This document shows positions 1 to 11,740 of a stretch of 51,172 bases of DNA, in pieces. The notes beneath the pieces were generated by a model. The model ran no database searches. It was not told the origin of the DNA and worked only from the letters and a program-made list of their open reading frames with translations. The DNA lies in contig JAHBMJ010000281.1 of the NCBI GenBank assembly GCA_018398765.1, positions 1-51,172 on the forward strand, given 5' to 3'. The first letter of the stretch is position 1. Every line of letters begins with the position of its first letter. Made by a program: the position numbers and the translations under genes. Source of the stretch: Chromera velia. Its lineage: Eukaryota.

Positions 1-250
1 TCCCCCCCCCCCCCCCCCCCCCTCCCCACACACAGAGGGAAAGAAAGAGAGAGAGAGGGGGAGAGAGAGAGAGAGGGAGAGAGAGAGAGGGAGAAAGGGA
101 AACAAAAAAACAAAGACAAAGCGCGAGAGAGACGGACACGCAGTGGGAGAGAGATGGACACGGTCAGAGAGACAGTCAGAGAGAGACACAGGGAGAGAGA
201 GAAAGCTGAAAAAACGAATAGCCTTGAGATCCCTTCACTTCACGACCCAC

Positions 251-3200
251 CGCCCCAATGAACATCCAGAGGACCAACACGCACAGAGACACGAGGATGC
301 GCACCACGACCCGGTGATGGCGCGACTGCACGGACGGACGGACCCACGCACAGGCACACAGACCCACCATCCATCTCACGACAAGAACAGAGAGACAGAC
401 AATGCACAGACACGGTAGAGAAACGGATGCATGTGCAGAGAGGTACGAAAAGAGCGAGAACGCATCGGAAAACAACCCCTACACAGAAGTCACAATTTCG
501 GCGCAGAAGACAATTAAGTCTTTTTTGGTGTTGTTTCTGTCGGGGTGCAGACAGAGAAAACAAAAAAGGAGTCTTCTTCCAGTGAAGGAAAAAATCAGGC
601 ACGCAGGCAGGCAAGGGAAGCAGTGGGGGGACACGCGGGGTGGAAAAAATTACCGAAGCTGCCCCCNNNNNNNNNNCCCGACAGACTGACAGACTGACTG
701 TGAAGCTGGAGTCGATGAGTTTTAGCCCCGACTGCACCAAAGCGAAGCGCGCCGCAAGTGTTTGAGACGACGAAAAGGAACCATTCAAAACGAAGTGCAC
801 CAAAAGAAGAGAAGAGAGCGAGCAAAGAGGAGCAAGGTGGTCAAGAGGGGTGCAAAGAGCCGTGACACACACACACAAACACACGCCCGCGCGCGCGCCC
901 AGGCACACACGCACTGACAAGGGGAGAGACAGACGGGGAGAGCTGAGAAGAGAAGAGAAGAGAAGAGAAGAGAAGACGGAAGAAGCACATGCCCACCTCT
1001 GATGCATTCTCCATCAGAATTCCGATACAGAATGTCACTATAGTCAAACTGCAAGGAGATAGGCAGGCAGGCAGGCAGGAAAAAGTGTGCCGAAGGAAAG
1101 TGTGTGTATGTGCCATCTGTCTGTCTTTCTGGTAGTCTCTTGAAATGGCCTTCTCCCTTTCCTTCCTCGCTGCCGGGCTTTCTGCTTCTACCCTTTGCCT
1201 GTACACTTTTTCTTTTCTTCTTCCTCTTTTCTGCATGGCTTCCTATTTTCCGTTGCTTCCTTCCTTCTCACCAGACCGAACCAAAAGGCAGCGTGCATTT
1301 ATTTTCATACAGAATTCTTGTGATAACAATAAATGCATACATGTATAAAAATGTATGAAAATAAATGCGTGCTATTTTCCGTTGCTTCCTTCCTTCTCAC
1401 CAGACCGAACCAAAAGGAAGCGAAGGTTCCCTGTACATGTACACACACATTCGTGTATGTTGCAGAGAGGGAGCAAGGGCGCATTAATCATCTTCGGCTG
1501 CATTCATTTCAAGAAGGGAGCCTCCCTCCTTCCCTCCTGCATGCCCCCGCCCCCCCACCTGATCCAGATGAACGGAATTCTTTTTCAGTATGAAAGTAAA
1601 ATAAATCAAATAAATAAACAAAATAATTCTGTATGAAAATAAATACATACCCACGCACCCCCCCACCTGATCCAGATGAACAGCAGGTGCGCGGGTCTCC
1701 AGTCATCACTCGGAAAGTAGTCGCCGTATCCGACTGTCGTCACAGTCACCTGCCAGCAAGGAAGAAAAGAAGGAGGTAAAGAGAGAGACAAGAAAGGTAC
1801 CGGAGAGATACTAAGGAAATCAGAAAGAAGGAGGGGGCGACGAGGTCGGGAACGTGGAGGGGGGTAGAGACGATGACATTGTAAAGTAAATGACGGGGGG
1901 GAATGAGAGAAGCATTAATTTCACTTCTGTGTGCATCCATCCATGTGTCGTCGTTCCTCCCCCTTTATCTTCATTTTCCATACAAGACATTTATCTAGGT
2001 GATTGATATGCGCCGAACTACTACTTCTCTTTTCGCATGACGGCTTTCTGTTCTTTCTGCACTGTCTGTCCACGTTCGGGGGGGGGTCCGCTCTTTCCTT
2101 CCACGAGAATGCGGAAGGAAGGAAGGAGAGACTCAAGGAAACAGATCCGAAGGGACAGTGCTGCTTCTGTTGTCTGTCTGTGTACAGGAACCTTCCTTCA
2201 TTTTTTCCTTCTGTCAATCGATCAGAAAGCCATATCCTCCCCCCAACCCCCCCAAAACCCTTGGCCTCGGGACCACTCTCTTGTCCCCGCTCGGGACGCA
2301 AACATGCTAACTGACGTCCTCCCTCCCTCTCTGTCTGTAATTCTTCTTCGCATCCAGTCAGTCACTCGCTCAGCAACGAACTCTCTCCCCTCCTCCGCAT
2401 CTCTCTCACTCACTCCATGCACCCTCCAAGTAAACCACTGACTGATTGACTGACCACAACAAAATAGGCCGATTCAATCCAGTTCCAGTCTTGCGTAAAG
2501 CGAAAGAAAATGGCCCTGCACGCATGATTGATGAAGGAAGGGAGGAAGGAAGGATCGATTCGATCGTTTAATTTGTAGTTCGTTTGATCGGAGGGAGGAC
2601 GCACACAGGAAGGAAAGAAGAGGAAGGGACGGGGCTGCAGCCATCAAAGACAGAAAGAAAGAGTTCTCGAGCTCGTGCGGGTCGAGAAGAAAGAAACACA
2701 CGAAGACAATCCGCACAACCTCAAGGACACACCTACACCCACTAGCGTACCGGAGGGAGAGAAAAAGAGAAAGAGAGAGACAGAAAGAGAAAGAAAAAGA
2801 GAAAGAGAAAAAGAAAGAAAGAAAGAAAGAAAGAAAGAATGAAAGAAAGACACTTCTTTCCTCTCTTTCCTGACTGATCGACTGACTGACTGACTGACCA
2901 GAGGGTCATGTGGCGCACAAAAATGGAGGCAGCCATTCATTTATTTTCACACAGAATTTCATACAGAATGCATGAAAATGAACGCATGCACTCACCAGAG
3001 GGTCATGTGGCCCACAAAAATGGAGGCAGCCAAGAGACGCCGTCGCATTTTTTGTTGGTGTGCCTGCAGGCAGAACCATGCAGAAGGAAGAACTCCGGGA
3101 AAGAGGTTGACAGAGTGTGTGTTGCTCAAACTACGCAGTAGACAATTTCTTTAATTTTCCTTTTTGAAGGGTCGAACTTTGGCATGATCATGTCCAATGA

Positions 3201-4507
3201 AAAGAAAAGACCGATCAGAAGAAGAAAGCGGGACCTCTCTGTCTCCTTTTTCGTTGCTTATCGAGGAGTCGCTCCCGTCTGAGAAGGAAGAAAGAGGAGA
3301 GGAACGAGCAGGCGGGGGGTGGTCAGGATAAAAAGGTGGCCCCCCGGCCACAGAGAATGATGGGAAGAAGCGCAGGCAGATTCGAGGCTGTCTCTCCGTC
3401 TCCCCGCCACCTTCTCAGATGCCCCTTTGTCGCCCTTCTCTTTCCTTCTTTCATTCCTTCCTCGGTTCCGGTATGTCTTCTCTGGTTATCAACAGAACAA
3501 CAGCTTCACCATCCCTGATTGCCCAGGCGTCTCCACAGCAACCGAGGCACTGACCTCCAATTCGAGCCGGGACCCCAAATTATTTCGCCGAATTCCCAGA
3601 ACTTCTGTCGACACGTACTGACCCATACCCTCAGCAATGCTCTCCCGAGGTAATCCCTCCTCCTGCACACACAAAATTTTGCATACAGTCATACAGAATA
3701 CATACATACAGATACACATTTATTGTGCATGCATTCAGCAATGCTCTCCCGAGGTAATCCCTCCTCCTGCGCACAAATAAACAAACAAAACAAAGGGTAA
3801 GTGTCACAGAAAGAACATCAAAATACACACAGGCAGTGGGTACCTCCTCCCGCACATCGTAAGTGCACTCAAAAGGCGTCACCAGAATAGCAGCAGAGCA
3901 CAAGCATTGAGAGCCTCCTCCCCCCTGTACACACCGACTAGACGGCCCATGGGGCCACAGGACGGGCCATTCATTTATTTTCATACAGAGTTTTTTTTCA
4001 TACAGAATTTCATATAGAAAGTATGAAAGTAAATGCATGCACGACTAGACGGTCCATGGGGCCACAGGACGGATCAAGCCTGACGCACACGCACACGCAA
4101 GCGTCATCCCGAAGCAGCTGTACGTGTATATGCAGTAGAGGAAGCAAACCGGACCAAACAGGATAAGAACTCAAGAAGAGAAGACTCCAGAGAGAGAAAA
4201 AAGAGTGCGGAGGGAGAAGGCTTCAGGGGAGGCAGGGATTTAGAGAAAGTGGTGAGAGATATGGGCGACAACGGCAGTATAAAGTGGAGCAAGCAAGCAG
4301 GTGAGAAGACATCAAGGAATACGATCAGACTGAAAGGTGCGCCCCCGTCTCCGAACTGATCCAATCTCAGTAGACCGGAAATTGTTTGCACCACGTGCTA
4401 TGCGTTTTGCAAAAGCACGCTTGGTCACTGTGTTGGATCCAGACTCCCTTACTGACATGGTAGCGCCCAAGGAGAGCGGTGCTCTCACTCGTTCTCGGAG
4501 GGTCCAT
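251..4507 (-). CDS. Two-pore-domain (K2P/TPK-like) potassium channel, multi-exon; 3' end runs off the left edge
   Basis: Exons 2996-3063, 2455-2515 and 1667-1749 splice in frame to ...RRRLLAASIFVGHMTLW-AIFFRFTQDWNWIESAYFVV-VTVTTVGYGDYFPSDDWRPAHLLFIWI, giving TM1, pore helix and the TVGYGD filter. Exon 1401-1430 reads GTFASFWFGL and exon 251-325 reads SRHHRVVVRILVSLCVLVLWMFIGA, a further TM like the start of a second pore module. The ATG at 4507 and the N-terminal exons (3510-3663, 4043-4079) are less certain. Confidence 0.8.
667..676. other. Assembly gap (N run) within a poly-C tract; similar gaps at 30078-30082 and 39953-39958
   Basis: N characters in or near C/G-rich runs. The window also starts and ends in poly-C. 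Confidence 0.95.
1243..1422. mobile_element. Palindromic element (1294-1368) between ~50 bp direct repeats covering an exon end and donor site
   Basis: 17 bp inverted repeat GCATTTATTTTCATACA ... TGTATGAAAATAAATGC. Flanking repeat ctattttccgttgcttccttccttctcaccagaccgaaccaaaagg starts at 1243 and at 1372. Confidence 0.7.
1552..1681. mobile_element. Degenerate palindromic element between 22 bp direct repeats (exon end and donor)
   Basis: cccccacctgatccagatgaac occurs twice. The insert contains gaattc and aattctgtatgaaaataaat. Confidence 0.6.
2897..3032. mobile_element. Palindromic element between 39 bp direct repeats (exon end and donor)
   Basis: accagagggtcatgtggc(g/c)cacaaaaatggaggcagcca at 2897 and 2994. 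Insert reads ttcatttattttcacacagaatttcatacagaatgcatgaaaatgaacgcatgca. Confidence 0.7.
3631..3777. mobile_element. Degenerate element between ~40 bp direct repeats (acceptor and exon start)
   Basis: tcagcaatgctctcccgaggtaatccctcctcctgc at 3631 and 3735. The insert has repeated catacag and ends tgcatgcat. Confidence 0.55.
3935..4072. mobile_element. Palindromic element between 31 bp direct repeats
   Basis: cgactagacgg(c/t)ccatggggccacaggacgg at 3935 and 4042. Insert reads catttattttcatacag...gtatgaaagtaaatgcatgca. Confidence 0.7.
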
Positions 4508-4957
4508 TGTCGGGGGGATCCTTTGGTTTGGCGTTAATTGTCTGTTTTTTGCTTGGCGAATTATACAGCAAGGCCGAGAAAGCCTGAGCACTTACAAACG
4601 AAAAGGACCGTATGAGCTGGCAGGGCTGCTGAGACTGTGCACCCAGCTGTAACGAGCTGACAAAAGGGAAACAAATGAATGGGTGAGAGGGTTCGTTCCA
4701 ATTGGAGCGTACGTTGGTTTAAGGAGAAAGTCTCAGAAGATCACGCGTGCACGGCTGAGAAAGATGCAAAGTGGTGATTTGACAGCCCTGTCTGAGTGGC
4801 CTTATTAAGACAGTGTCTGCAAGAAGAGACAGGTTCACAGAAGCGGGCAGAAGGACGAACATAAAGCTGTGCACCTCGCACCGTCTGACATTAGTCTGCA
4901 TGACACGTTCGTCAAGATACGCATCTTGCAGGCCAGGCATTGCCGTCTCCGGATAAT

Positions 4958-4999
4958 GCGGCCGCGCGGCGCCGCGGCGCCGGCCCGGCGGCGGCGCGC
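4958..4999. promoter_or_regulatory. Pure G/C island in the divergent intergenic region between the K+ channel and GH54 genes
   Basis: 42 consecutive G/C bases. The same kind of island occurs in the other divergent intergenic regions. Confidence 0.5.
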
Positions 5000-5328
5000 A
5001 TCAGCGTTCGCGGCGCCACGAACGGAGCAGCAGCAGCATGCAGCAACATGATCACCAGCTTTCATGCTGCATCATGCACCAGCACCGGGCCTGACACATT
5101 CTCACACGCACAGCTAGCTGCATGCCTGACAAACAGCCCGAAAACGTGCAGTGTAGGCAAAACAAAAGGACGAGATCTTTTCAAAATTAAGCGGTTCCCG
5201 ATTTAATTTTTCTTCCCTCACGTACGGCTCTGCGTTTCGATTCCTCTCAGAAAGAAAAACCAGCGAACCGTCTTTGACAGAGTAAATTCAGACACGGCTC
5301 TGTCGACTCGTGGACGCACAAGTGCGAA

Positions 5329-6682
5329 ATGAAACTTTTCCATCTGTTTTTGAGTGTTTCTTCATTCCTGCCTTTGCTGCAAGGGCGCGGAGTGTTCACT
5401 TCGGCTGATTCCAAGTCAGAGACGGCGGAGACGGCACATGTCAATAAGAAGCCTCTCGAGGGTCCGTGCGACATTTATGAGCGTGCCAAGACGCCCTGCG
5501 TGGCTGCGCACTCTCTGACTAGGGCCCTTTGACTTGGACCTATGAAGGGTCACTGTAACAGCTCCAGCGTGCGTCAGACAAGCAAACGATGGACGTTCGA
5601 GTGATGGCGGGAGGGGCCGGGATTGCAGATTCGGCGGTTGTCGACTCCTTTTGTCAGGACGCCTCGTGCATAGTGCTTCGGATCTACGACCAGTCCCCCT
5701 TCGGTAACCACCTGGACCTAGGGCCTCCGGGGGGGGCCGTGAAGACCCCGGACGAGGGGGTCAACGCCACAGCGACACGCGTACTGATCCAAAACCAGGC
5801 AACCGGGGAGACGCACCAAGTGTTTGGTGCAAAGTTCGAGGGGGGTATGGGGTACAGGAACGATAACACGAAAGGCGTGGCTGTGGATGATGAGCCTGAG
5901 TCTATCTACATGGTCGTTGCGGGTGGTCATTTCAACGACAAGTGTTGTTTTGACTATGGGAACGCAGAGACTTCAGATCTCGACGAGGGGGAGGGAACGA
6001 TGGAAGCGGTTTATTGGGGGTCTTGTAAGGGGTGGAGCAGGGGGAAGGGGAGCGGGCCGTGGGTAATGGCAGATCTGGAGAGTGGTCTGTGGGCGGGAGC
6101 ACGGGAGGGGATAAATCCTCAGAATGTCCCCATTCGTTCTGATTTCGTGACTGCATTGTTGAAGGGGGATTCGAACAGGTTCACTCTGAAGCACGCAGAT
6201 GCGACGGGAGGCAAGAGTGGGAGTCCAGGCCTCATAGAAGAAGAGAACGGCAAGCTGCAGATGTTGTATGGTGGGAAGCGGCCTAACGAGAAGTATGAGG
6301 TGATGAGGAAGCAGGGTGCCAGTATTTTAGGCATCGGAGGGGACAACAGCAATTGGGCTGTTGGGACTTTTTTTGAGGGGGTGATCACGAAGGGTTATGC
6401 GTCCGACGACACGGACGCGCTCGTGCAGGAAAATATTCTGAATGCGGGGTACAGTCTGCTTCCTGCGGTAGAAGAGTCGCCTGCGTTTACTTTCATACAG
6501 AATTCTGCATGAAAGTAAACGAATTCTGTATGAAATTAATTTCATTAAAACGCGTGCAGGAAAATATTCTGAATGCAGGGTACAGTCTGCTTCCTGCGGG
6601 AGAAGTGTCACCAAGGCAGTCTCGAGCGAACAGCAGAGTGTTTGTTGTTGATGAGGAGGATGATCCCTTGAGGTTTGAGTGA
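5329..6682 (+). pseudogene. Alpha-L-arabinofuranosidase B (GH54) catalytic domain with signal peptide; disrupted
   Basis: Hydrophobic N-terminus, then GPCDIY..TPCVAAHSLTRAL, IYDQS, CCFDYGNAE, GTMEAVYWG, GPWVMADLESG and LGIGGDNS, all GH54 motifs. Lesions: frameshift at about 5527-5540, in-frame TAA at 5556-5558 where Tyr is expected (YEGSL*QLQRASD), and an element insertion with duplication at 6422-6612. The original C-terminus ends at TGA 6680-6682. No CBM42 domain seen. Confidence 0.8.
6422..6612. mobile_element. Palindromic element (6484-6521 plus an extra half arm) between 60 bp direct repeats inside GH54 coding sequence
   Basis: cgtttactttcatacag-aatt-ctgcatgaaagtaaacg is a 38 bp palindrome with one mismatch. 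Repeats 6422-6481 and 6553-6612 differ at 4 positions. Confidence 0.8.
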
Positions 6683-6984
6683 CACCAGATCATAGGTCGA
6701 CCATACGCTGTGCGTGGGGAGTGCATGTTGCAGTGTCCTGCCTTCCGCTGCCGTCCGGCCATCGTCCGGCCCTTCTCGCACGCGCGCCGTCTTTGCTTCG
6801 ATCGCCCGCTACCGCGTTCTGTCTGTCCGGCGCTGTCTGGCCCCAGTGTCTGCGCTCGTGCAGGGACCGGTCAGATTGAATCTGCCCTGCGCCGTCTCGC
6901 TGAGACCGTTCCGTTCTTTCGGTCGTAAGTCTGTCCTTTCTCGAGGAAAAGCATTGTTAGTAGAAGTGCATGTTCCGAGAGTCA

Positions 6985-7670
6985 CCTAGAGAGTCACGAG
7001 TCAAACTCTGAATTCTCTTGACTCTATATGAACGATAATGAACGACAAAAGATCTTCTATAGTATATCCTATCTTTTACTGACTGAGATTTTCTAGGAGA
7101 TTTTTATATTCAATTTCCTGATATTAGATTTGTTATTATTCAATTCAATTTCTTATTCGAAATTTATTTCGAAATTCTAAATCGAATATAGGAGTTCCAT
7201 ATAATCCCACGACTTTTCAGTAGATTTTGTTTAAATTTGAGTCGATTTTTATTATTTATATAATAGTCTACGAAAGAGAACTTGAACATACTTGAAACTT
7301 TATTTCACTTTAAAACTTTACATATCATGTATATCTAGAGTAGAGTTGTTGAATACCGCCCACCGGTTACAACCGGTTGTTTTTGATCCCCCAAATAACA
7401 TCCAATAACGGTATTCGATACACCGGAACTATAGGGTATTGTGTCATAATTTGAATAATGTCATACTATGATTTCAGCTAGTGTACTATTCAGTATTTAA
7501 ACTTACCGTTTTAAGTATGTTTAAGCAACTATGCGTCTATCTATGTATAAAAATTAAAATATGCAATGATTCGTATAAAACTAGGTATAAAAAGATTTTC
7601 AAGAACTTGATAGCGGTATGTGGTGACCACTATAGCTGAGCAATGCTTTTCTGATCGAGAGAGTGTTAGC
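6985..7670. other. AT/TpA-rich intergenic block between convergent genes
   Basis: Abrupt compositional switch, no ORF of 60 aa or more, no microsatellites. Confidence 0.6.
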
Positions 7671-8028
7671 GCTTAGTGTGTGCGTGGACGAGTGACTGGA
7701 TGAGTAAGAGAGTAAGTGGGTGGGCGACTGAAACCATCACCGTTCTGGACGGCATTGGTCGCGTGGTCGGCAATCAAGTCGAGAAACAAACTGAATGCAT
7801 GCACGACTGTACAAGCACATCGATGTGTCTTTCTCAGACCGTCGCGCAAGTACAACATATGAGTTCAATGTTTGCCTGGCCCATGCACCGTTTATTCCGA
7901 CACTCACATGCAGTTCCTGACATGCAATTCGATCTGTGTGCCCGACAAAAGCTTCGCCTCGATCATTGCTATTTCATGTTTTCTTTCTGTACTAGCTCGA
8001 GCTGCCACCATGCAACTGGGTCGATCAG

Positions 8029-10125
8029 CTAGTCTTGAAGGATAACGAAGTACGAGGCTGCCGCCCCACAACAGCCAGAGATAACGATGCCAACTCCGAA
8101 GTTATTGTTGTCGCATTCTGGTGACTCGTTGAAGGTGAACTTTGCTTGCAGTAGCCCGTCTGTCTCCTTTCCCTTTCCTTTCGTTTGGTCTGACTCGGGT
8201 TCTCCTGGCAGGGGCGAGACGACAAAGGTGCTGTTGACAGGGACAATCGGTGGAGCCTCGTTGATCTGGAAGAGACTGTCTCCGATTGACTCTTCTCCCA
8301 GACACACGACTGTGGCCGCCACCGCGTCCGGACTGAAAACAATGCATGCATTTATTTTCATACATTTATCTATTTAAGAATTCTGTATGAAAATAAATGC
8401 AGACACACGACTGTGGCCGTCACCGCGTCCGGACTGAAAGCAGAGAGACACAAAGAGAAGCAGGCAGGCAGACGGAAAGACAGACAGACTATATGGTCTC
8501 AGACAGACAGACAGACAGACAGACAGACGGACAGACAAACAGATAGACAGACACATAGACAGACAGGCAAGGGGACATATAAAGGCAGGCAAACGGACAA
8601 AGAAAACAGACTGACAAAGTAAGCGTTGGGGTTTTGGACAGCTGTCTGCCTACCTGCCCGCCTGCCTGCCTGACTGGATTCATACATATTTATTTATTTT
8701 CATTTAGTGAAAATAAATGCATGCACCTGCCTGGCTGACTGACTCTTTACACCCCGAGAGGACAAAAGTGCTCTCGGTGACCCCGACAATGCCGAACGTC
8801 ACGCTGCCCTCCACCAGTGTGCCCTCCGTCCCCACCAGCCACGCTGCCAACGCCGTGTCTCCCAGAATTTCATCTGCAAATGACTCCAGAGACGCCGAGA
8901 AGTTTCCATTTTTGCTGGGGGGCAGCTTCTCCGTCTGTCGCACAATGGAAGGTTGGGGTGTGGAAAATTCCACCACCATTTCGCTGTCTTGAACGTCCGG
9001 CACCAGGAATGCACCTTTAAACTTGTGTCCGCATGAAGAGACGGAGTGGAAGGCCGTGAGCACGTTGTTGCCCTTCTCTGGGTCGAAAAGGTTCCCTACC
9101 CAAGTGAGGCGGTCCAGGGTGATCGAGCAGTTCTCGGTAAAGCACTTCTTCCCCTTCTGGCCTTTCTCTGCACGCAGTCAGAAACAATGCGACGCAGAGA
9201 GCAGATTGAAGCAGTCTCAATGCACCGCTGTGAAGCGACAAAACCGTATTGCCTATTTCTGCCCAGAGTTCTCCTGAGAACATACAGTTCGGAATGGGAG
9301 ACGTCAAAGGACTTCCCCGACGCTTTAAGAGGAGACTGCGTGTGAGTGAGAGAGACAGAGGAGAAAAAAGAGAAGAAAGAAAAAGAAACCTTCTCAGGCA
9401 GGAGTTACCATCCTGGCCGCTCTCTCTCTGTGTTGCTGTACTCAACTGTTTCCATGGGTGTGTGCGTGTGTTGTTGAATGCATGGCTGTGCGCACGCGTG
9501 TGTGCGGTTGGCGGTGCATCTGGTTTTTTGGTGAGACCATACATGTACAAGAGCATGGACATATGTGTGTGAACACAATTTTGGATAGAAGACGCGGCCC
9601 ATCAGCACGTCTTCTGAGAGTAGATTTATTGCGCATCTAGAGGAAAGAACCGAATTTGCTCATGAATTCCGTTAATTCTCTGAAGCATTTCAGCAGAACC
9701 AAGGTGTCACTTCTGGCATGTTCGTGAGTGTCTGCTGCTGACTCCCGAGACGATTGACTGACCTTCGTGCGAACCCAATTGACAAATATATACGCACATA
9801 CGTGTATGGTGACCCCTCCCTTTCCCTCTTTTCTGACCGACTAACCTCCGAAGAGGCCCGAGTCGAGGCCGTTGAAGCCATCCAGGTTAAGCTTGGAGGC
9901 CCCAAGGTCGAGGTCAAACTTCTCTGAGAGGCTGCCGAGGTCTCCAAACTTTTTCACAGAGTCCTGAATACATGCATGCATGCAGTTAGAAGATTTGAAG
10001 TGAAGCACGCAAGCCGGGAAGGAAAACAGTGAGTTCATAATGTTATGTTCTATAAAATGCGGACAAAAGCTCACCACAGCGCCCTGAGCTCCAGCAAAAA
10101 CCAGAGCAACAGTAGCGAGCTTCAT
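8029..10125 (-). CDS. Secreted hypothetical protein, 4 exons (10075-10125, 9846-9963, 8753-9167, 8029-8332)
   Basis: Signal peptide MKLATVALVFAGAQGA. GT-AG junctions keep the frame: ...GAV|DSVKKF...GLFG|EKGQKGKKCFTENC...VLSG|PDAVAATVVC...YFVILQD*. No family recognised. Confidence 0.7.
8299..8439. mobile_element. Palindromic element with perfect 18 bp inverted repeats between 40 bp direct repeats (acceptor and exon start)
   Basis: TGCATTTATTTTCATACA at 8347-8364 and TGTATGAAAATAAATGCA at 8384-8401. Repeats cagacacacgactgtggccg(c/t)caccgcgtccggactgaaa at 8299 and 8400. Confidence 0.8.
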
Positions 10126-10420
10126 GTTGTTGGAGTAGAATTAACAGACCAGAGACGTTCGACAACGATGATGCAATGGGTTGCACGACCAAAAAGGAAA
10201 CAAATCAGGTCGACAGAAAACGCTGCATGGGAGAGTCGTTCGAGCTGATTGTGAAGAAACGGTTGGCTGATGTATATATTAAAGGTGCCTGTTTTGATCG
10301 AGATGCAATAAGAGAAACCTGCATCATCAGGCTGCATGTTGACGTGCGACGTAGTGCATGCATATGTACGTACACAGTTCATGAGAGTATGGATGCGAAG
10401 AGAACCCGATTATTCGGCTT

Positions 10421-10505
10421 GCCGGGCCCTCGCCGCGGGACTTGCGCGCGCGCGCGGTCTGCAGCATGTCTGCATGCACTGCATGACTCTGCAGCTATGC
10501 ATGCA
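10421..10505. promoter_or_regulatory. GC island with TGCATG cluster in a divergent intergenic region
   Basis: gccgggccctcgccgcgggacttgcgcgcgcgcgcgg followed by several tgcatg/catgca motifs. Confidence 0.45.
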
Positions 10506-10815
10506 GTCTGATGCACTGAAATCACAGATTCACAATTCAGGAACGTCAATCTACATTGAATATCCACTTGTTGCGTCATCGCATTCCCCTACCGAATTGC
10601 TGTCCCTGATCTCCTGTTTGCAGGGCTGGAATTGCAACGCCACCAGGGGTGTCGAGCTTTGTTCATCGAGACAGACAGAGAGAAGAGAGCCGTCTCTTTT
10701 TTTGTGTGTCGGCTGTGTGTGAGTAGAAATTCTTTGACCGGCTTCCGGTTCTCCTCGTCCTTGCTTTCATAGACCCACGCAGAGTTCAGCAGCAAAAACA
10801 TCAGCTGGATTGGTG

Positions 10816-11677
10816 ATGAAAAAAGTGGTTGTGGCTTCCAAGAGAGGCCTCAAGGGAGGTTCTCTGTCTGCAGCTAGCCAGGAAGCCCTGGGCGTCGGGA
10901 GAGACGCCGTGGTGCTGGACGTCACCAGTAGGGGCAAGGAAGAGATGAGAGTGTTCTCTCCCTTCACCCAAAACGGAGATCATCTCTTCACTGTGCCTTT
11001 TCTCCCTTCCTCTGTCCCCAAAGAAAGGAGAGAGAGCAGGACTGTGGAAGGCATCTGGCAGGGACTGAAGATCTTCCAAAAGTGCGCAGAGGGGGCAGAG
11101 CTGACGGACGGAAAGTACGGAGTCGACTTCGGGAAGTTTAAAGCCGCGAATAAAAACCTGAAAAGGACCACCAGGACACTCGGGGGCGTCAGAGGACACT
11201 ATGGAGGTACGTTGATCGCCCTAGCTGGAATTTCTATGCATTCCTCTTTTCTTTGCGCGGATTGGTTTGTTCAGTGCTTGAAGTACAGGGGGACTCATCT
11301 GCCGTTGTATTTATTAACACATCTGCCGTTGTATTTTTTAACACATCTGCCGTTGTATTTATTAACACATCTGCCGTTGTATTTATTAACACATCTGCCG
11401 TTGTATTTATTAACACATCTGTCGTTGTGTTTATTAACACATCTGTCGTTGTATTTATTAACACATCTGTCGTTGTGTTTATTAACACAAGCTTTCCTAT
11501 TGTTTCAAAAGGAGCGAAGAGAGGTAGATCGGGAGATGGATTTCCACGGACCCTGAGGGCGTACAGGCGAAGGTTCTACCCGTCTACGTCTCTGTGCCTC
11601 TGTGAACAAAGGAACCAATTAAGAGAGCACGTCTCTCTCTCAAAATGTGTGTGCTCTCTCAATCTAATATATGCATG

Positions 11678-11740
<63 letters not shown>

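Noticed and set aside
5556..5558. Stop-codon reassignment (TAA as Tyr) in GH54
   Set aside because: It comes with a frameshift, and TAA, TAG and TGA all terminate intact genes in this window.
8347..8401. Palindromic element as a library linker or adapter artefact
   Set aside because: It does not match the mate-pair linker sequences I recall, the copies are diverged and internally variable, and flanking duplicates carry substitutions. This points to age in the genome. Long-read confirmation is still advisable.
10810..11556. 248 aa ORF with THLPLYLL repeats as the true protein
   Set aside because: The repeat part is read-through into an intronic minisatellite. Splicing at 11206/11889 restores the family motifs.
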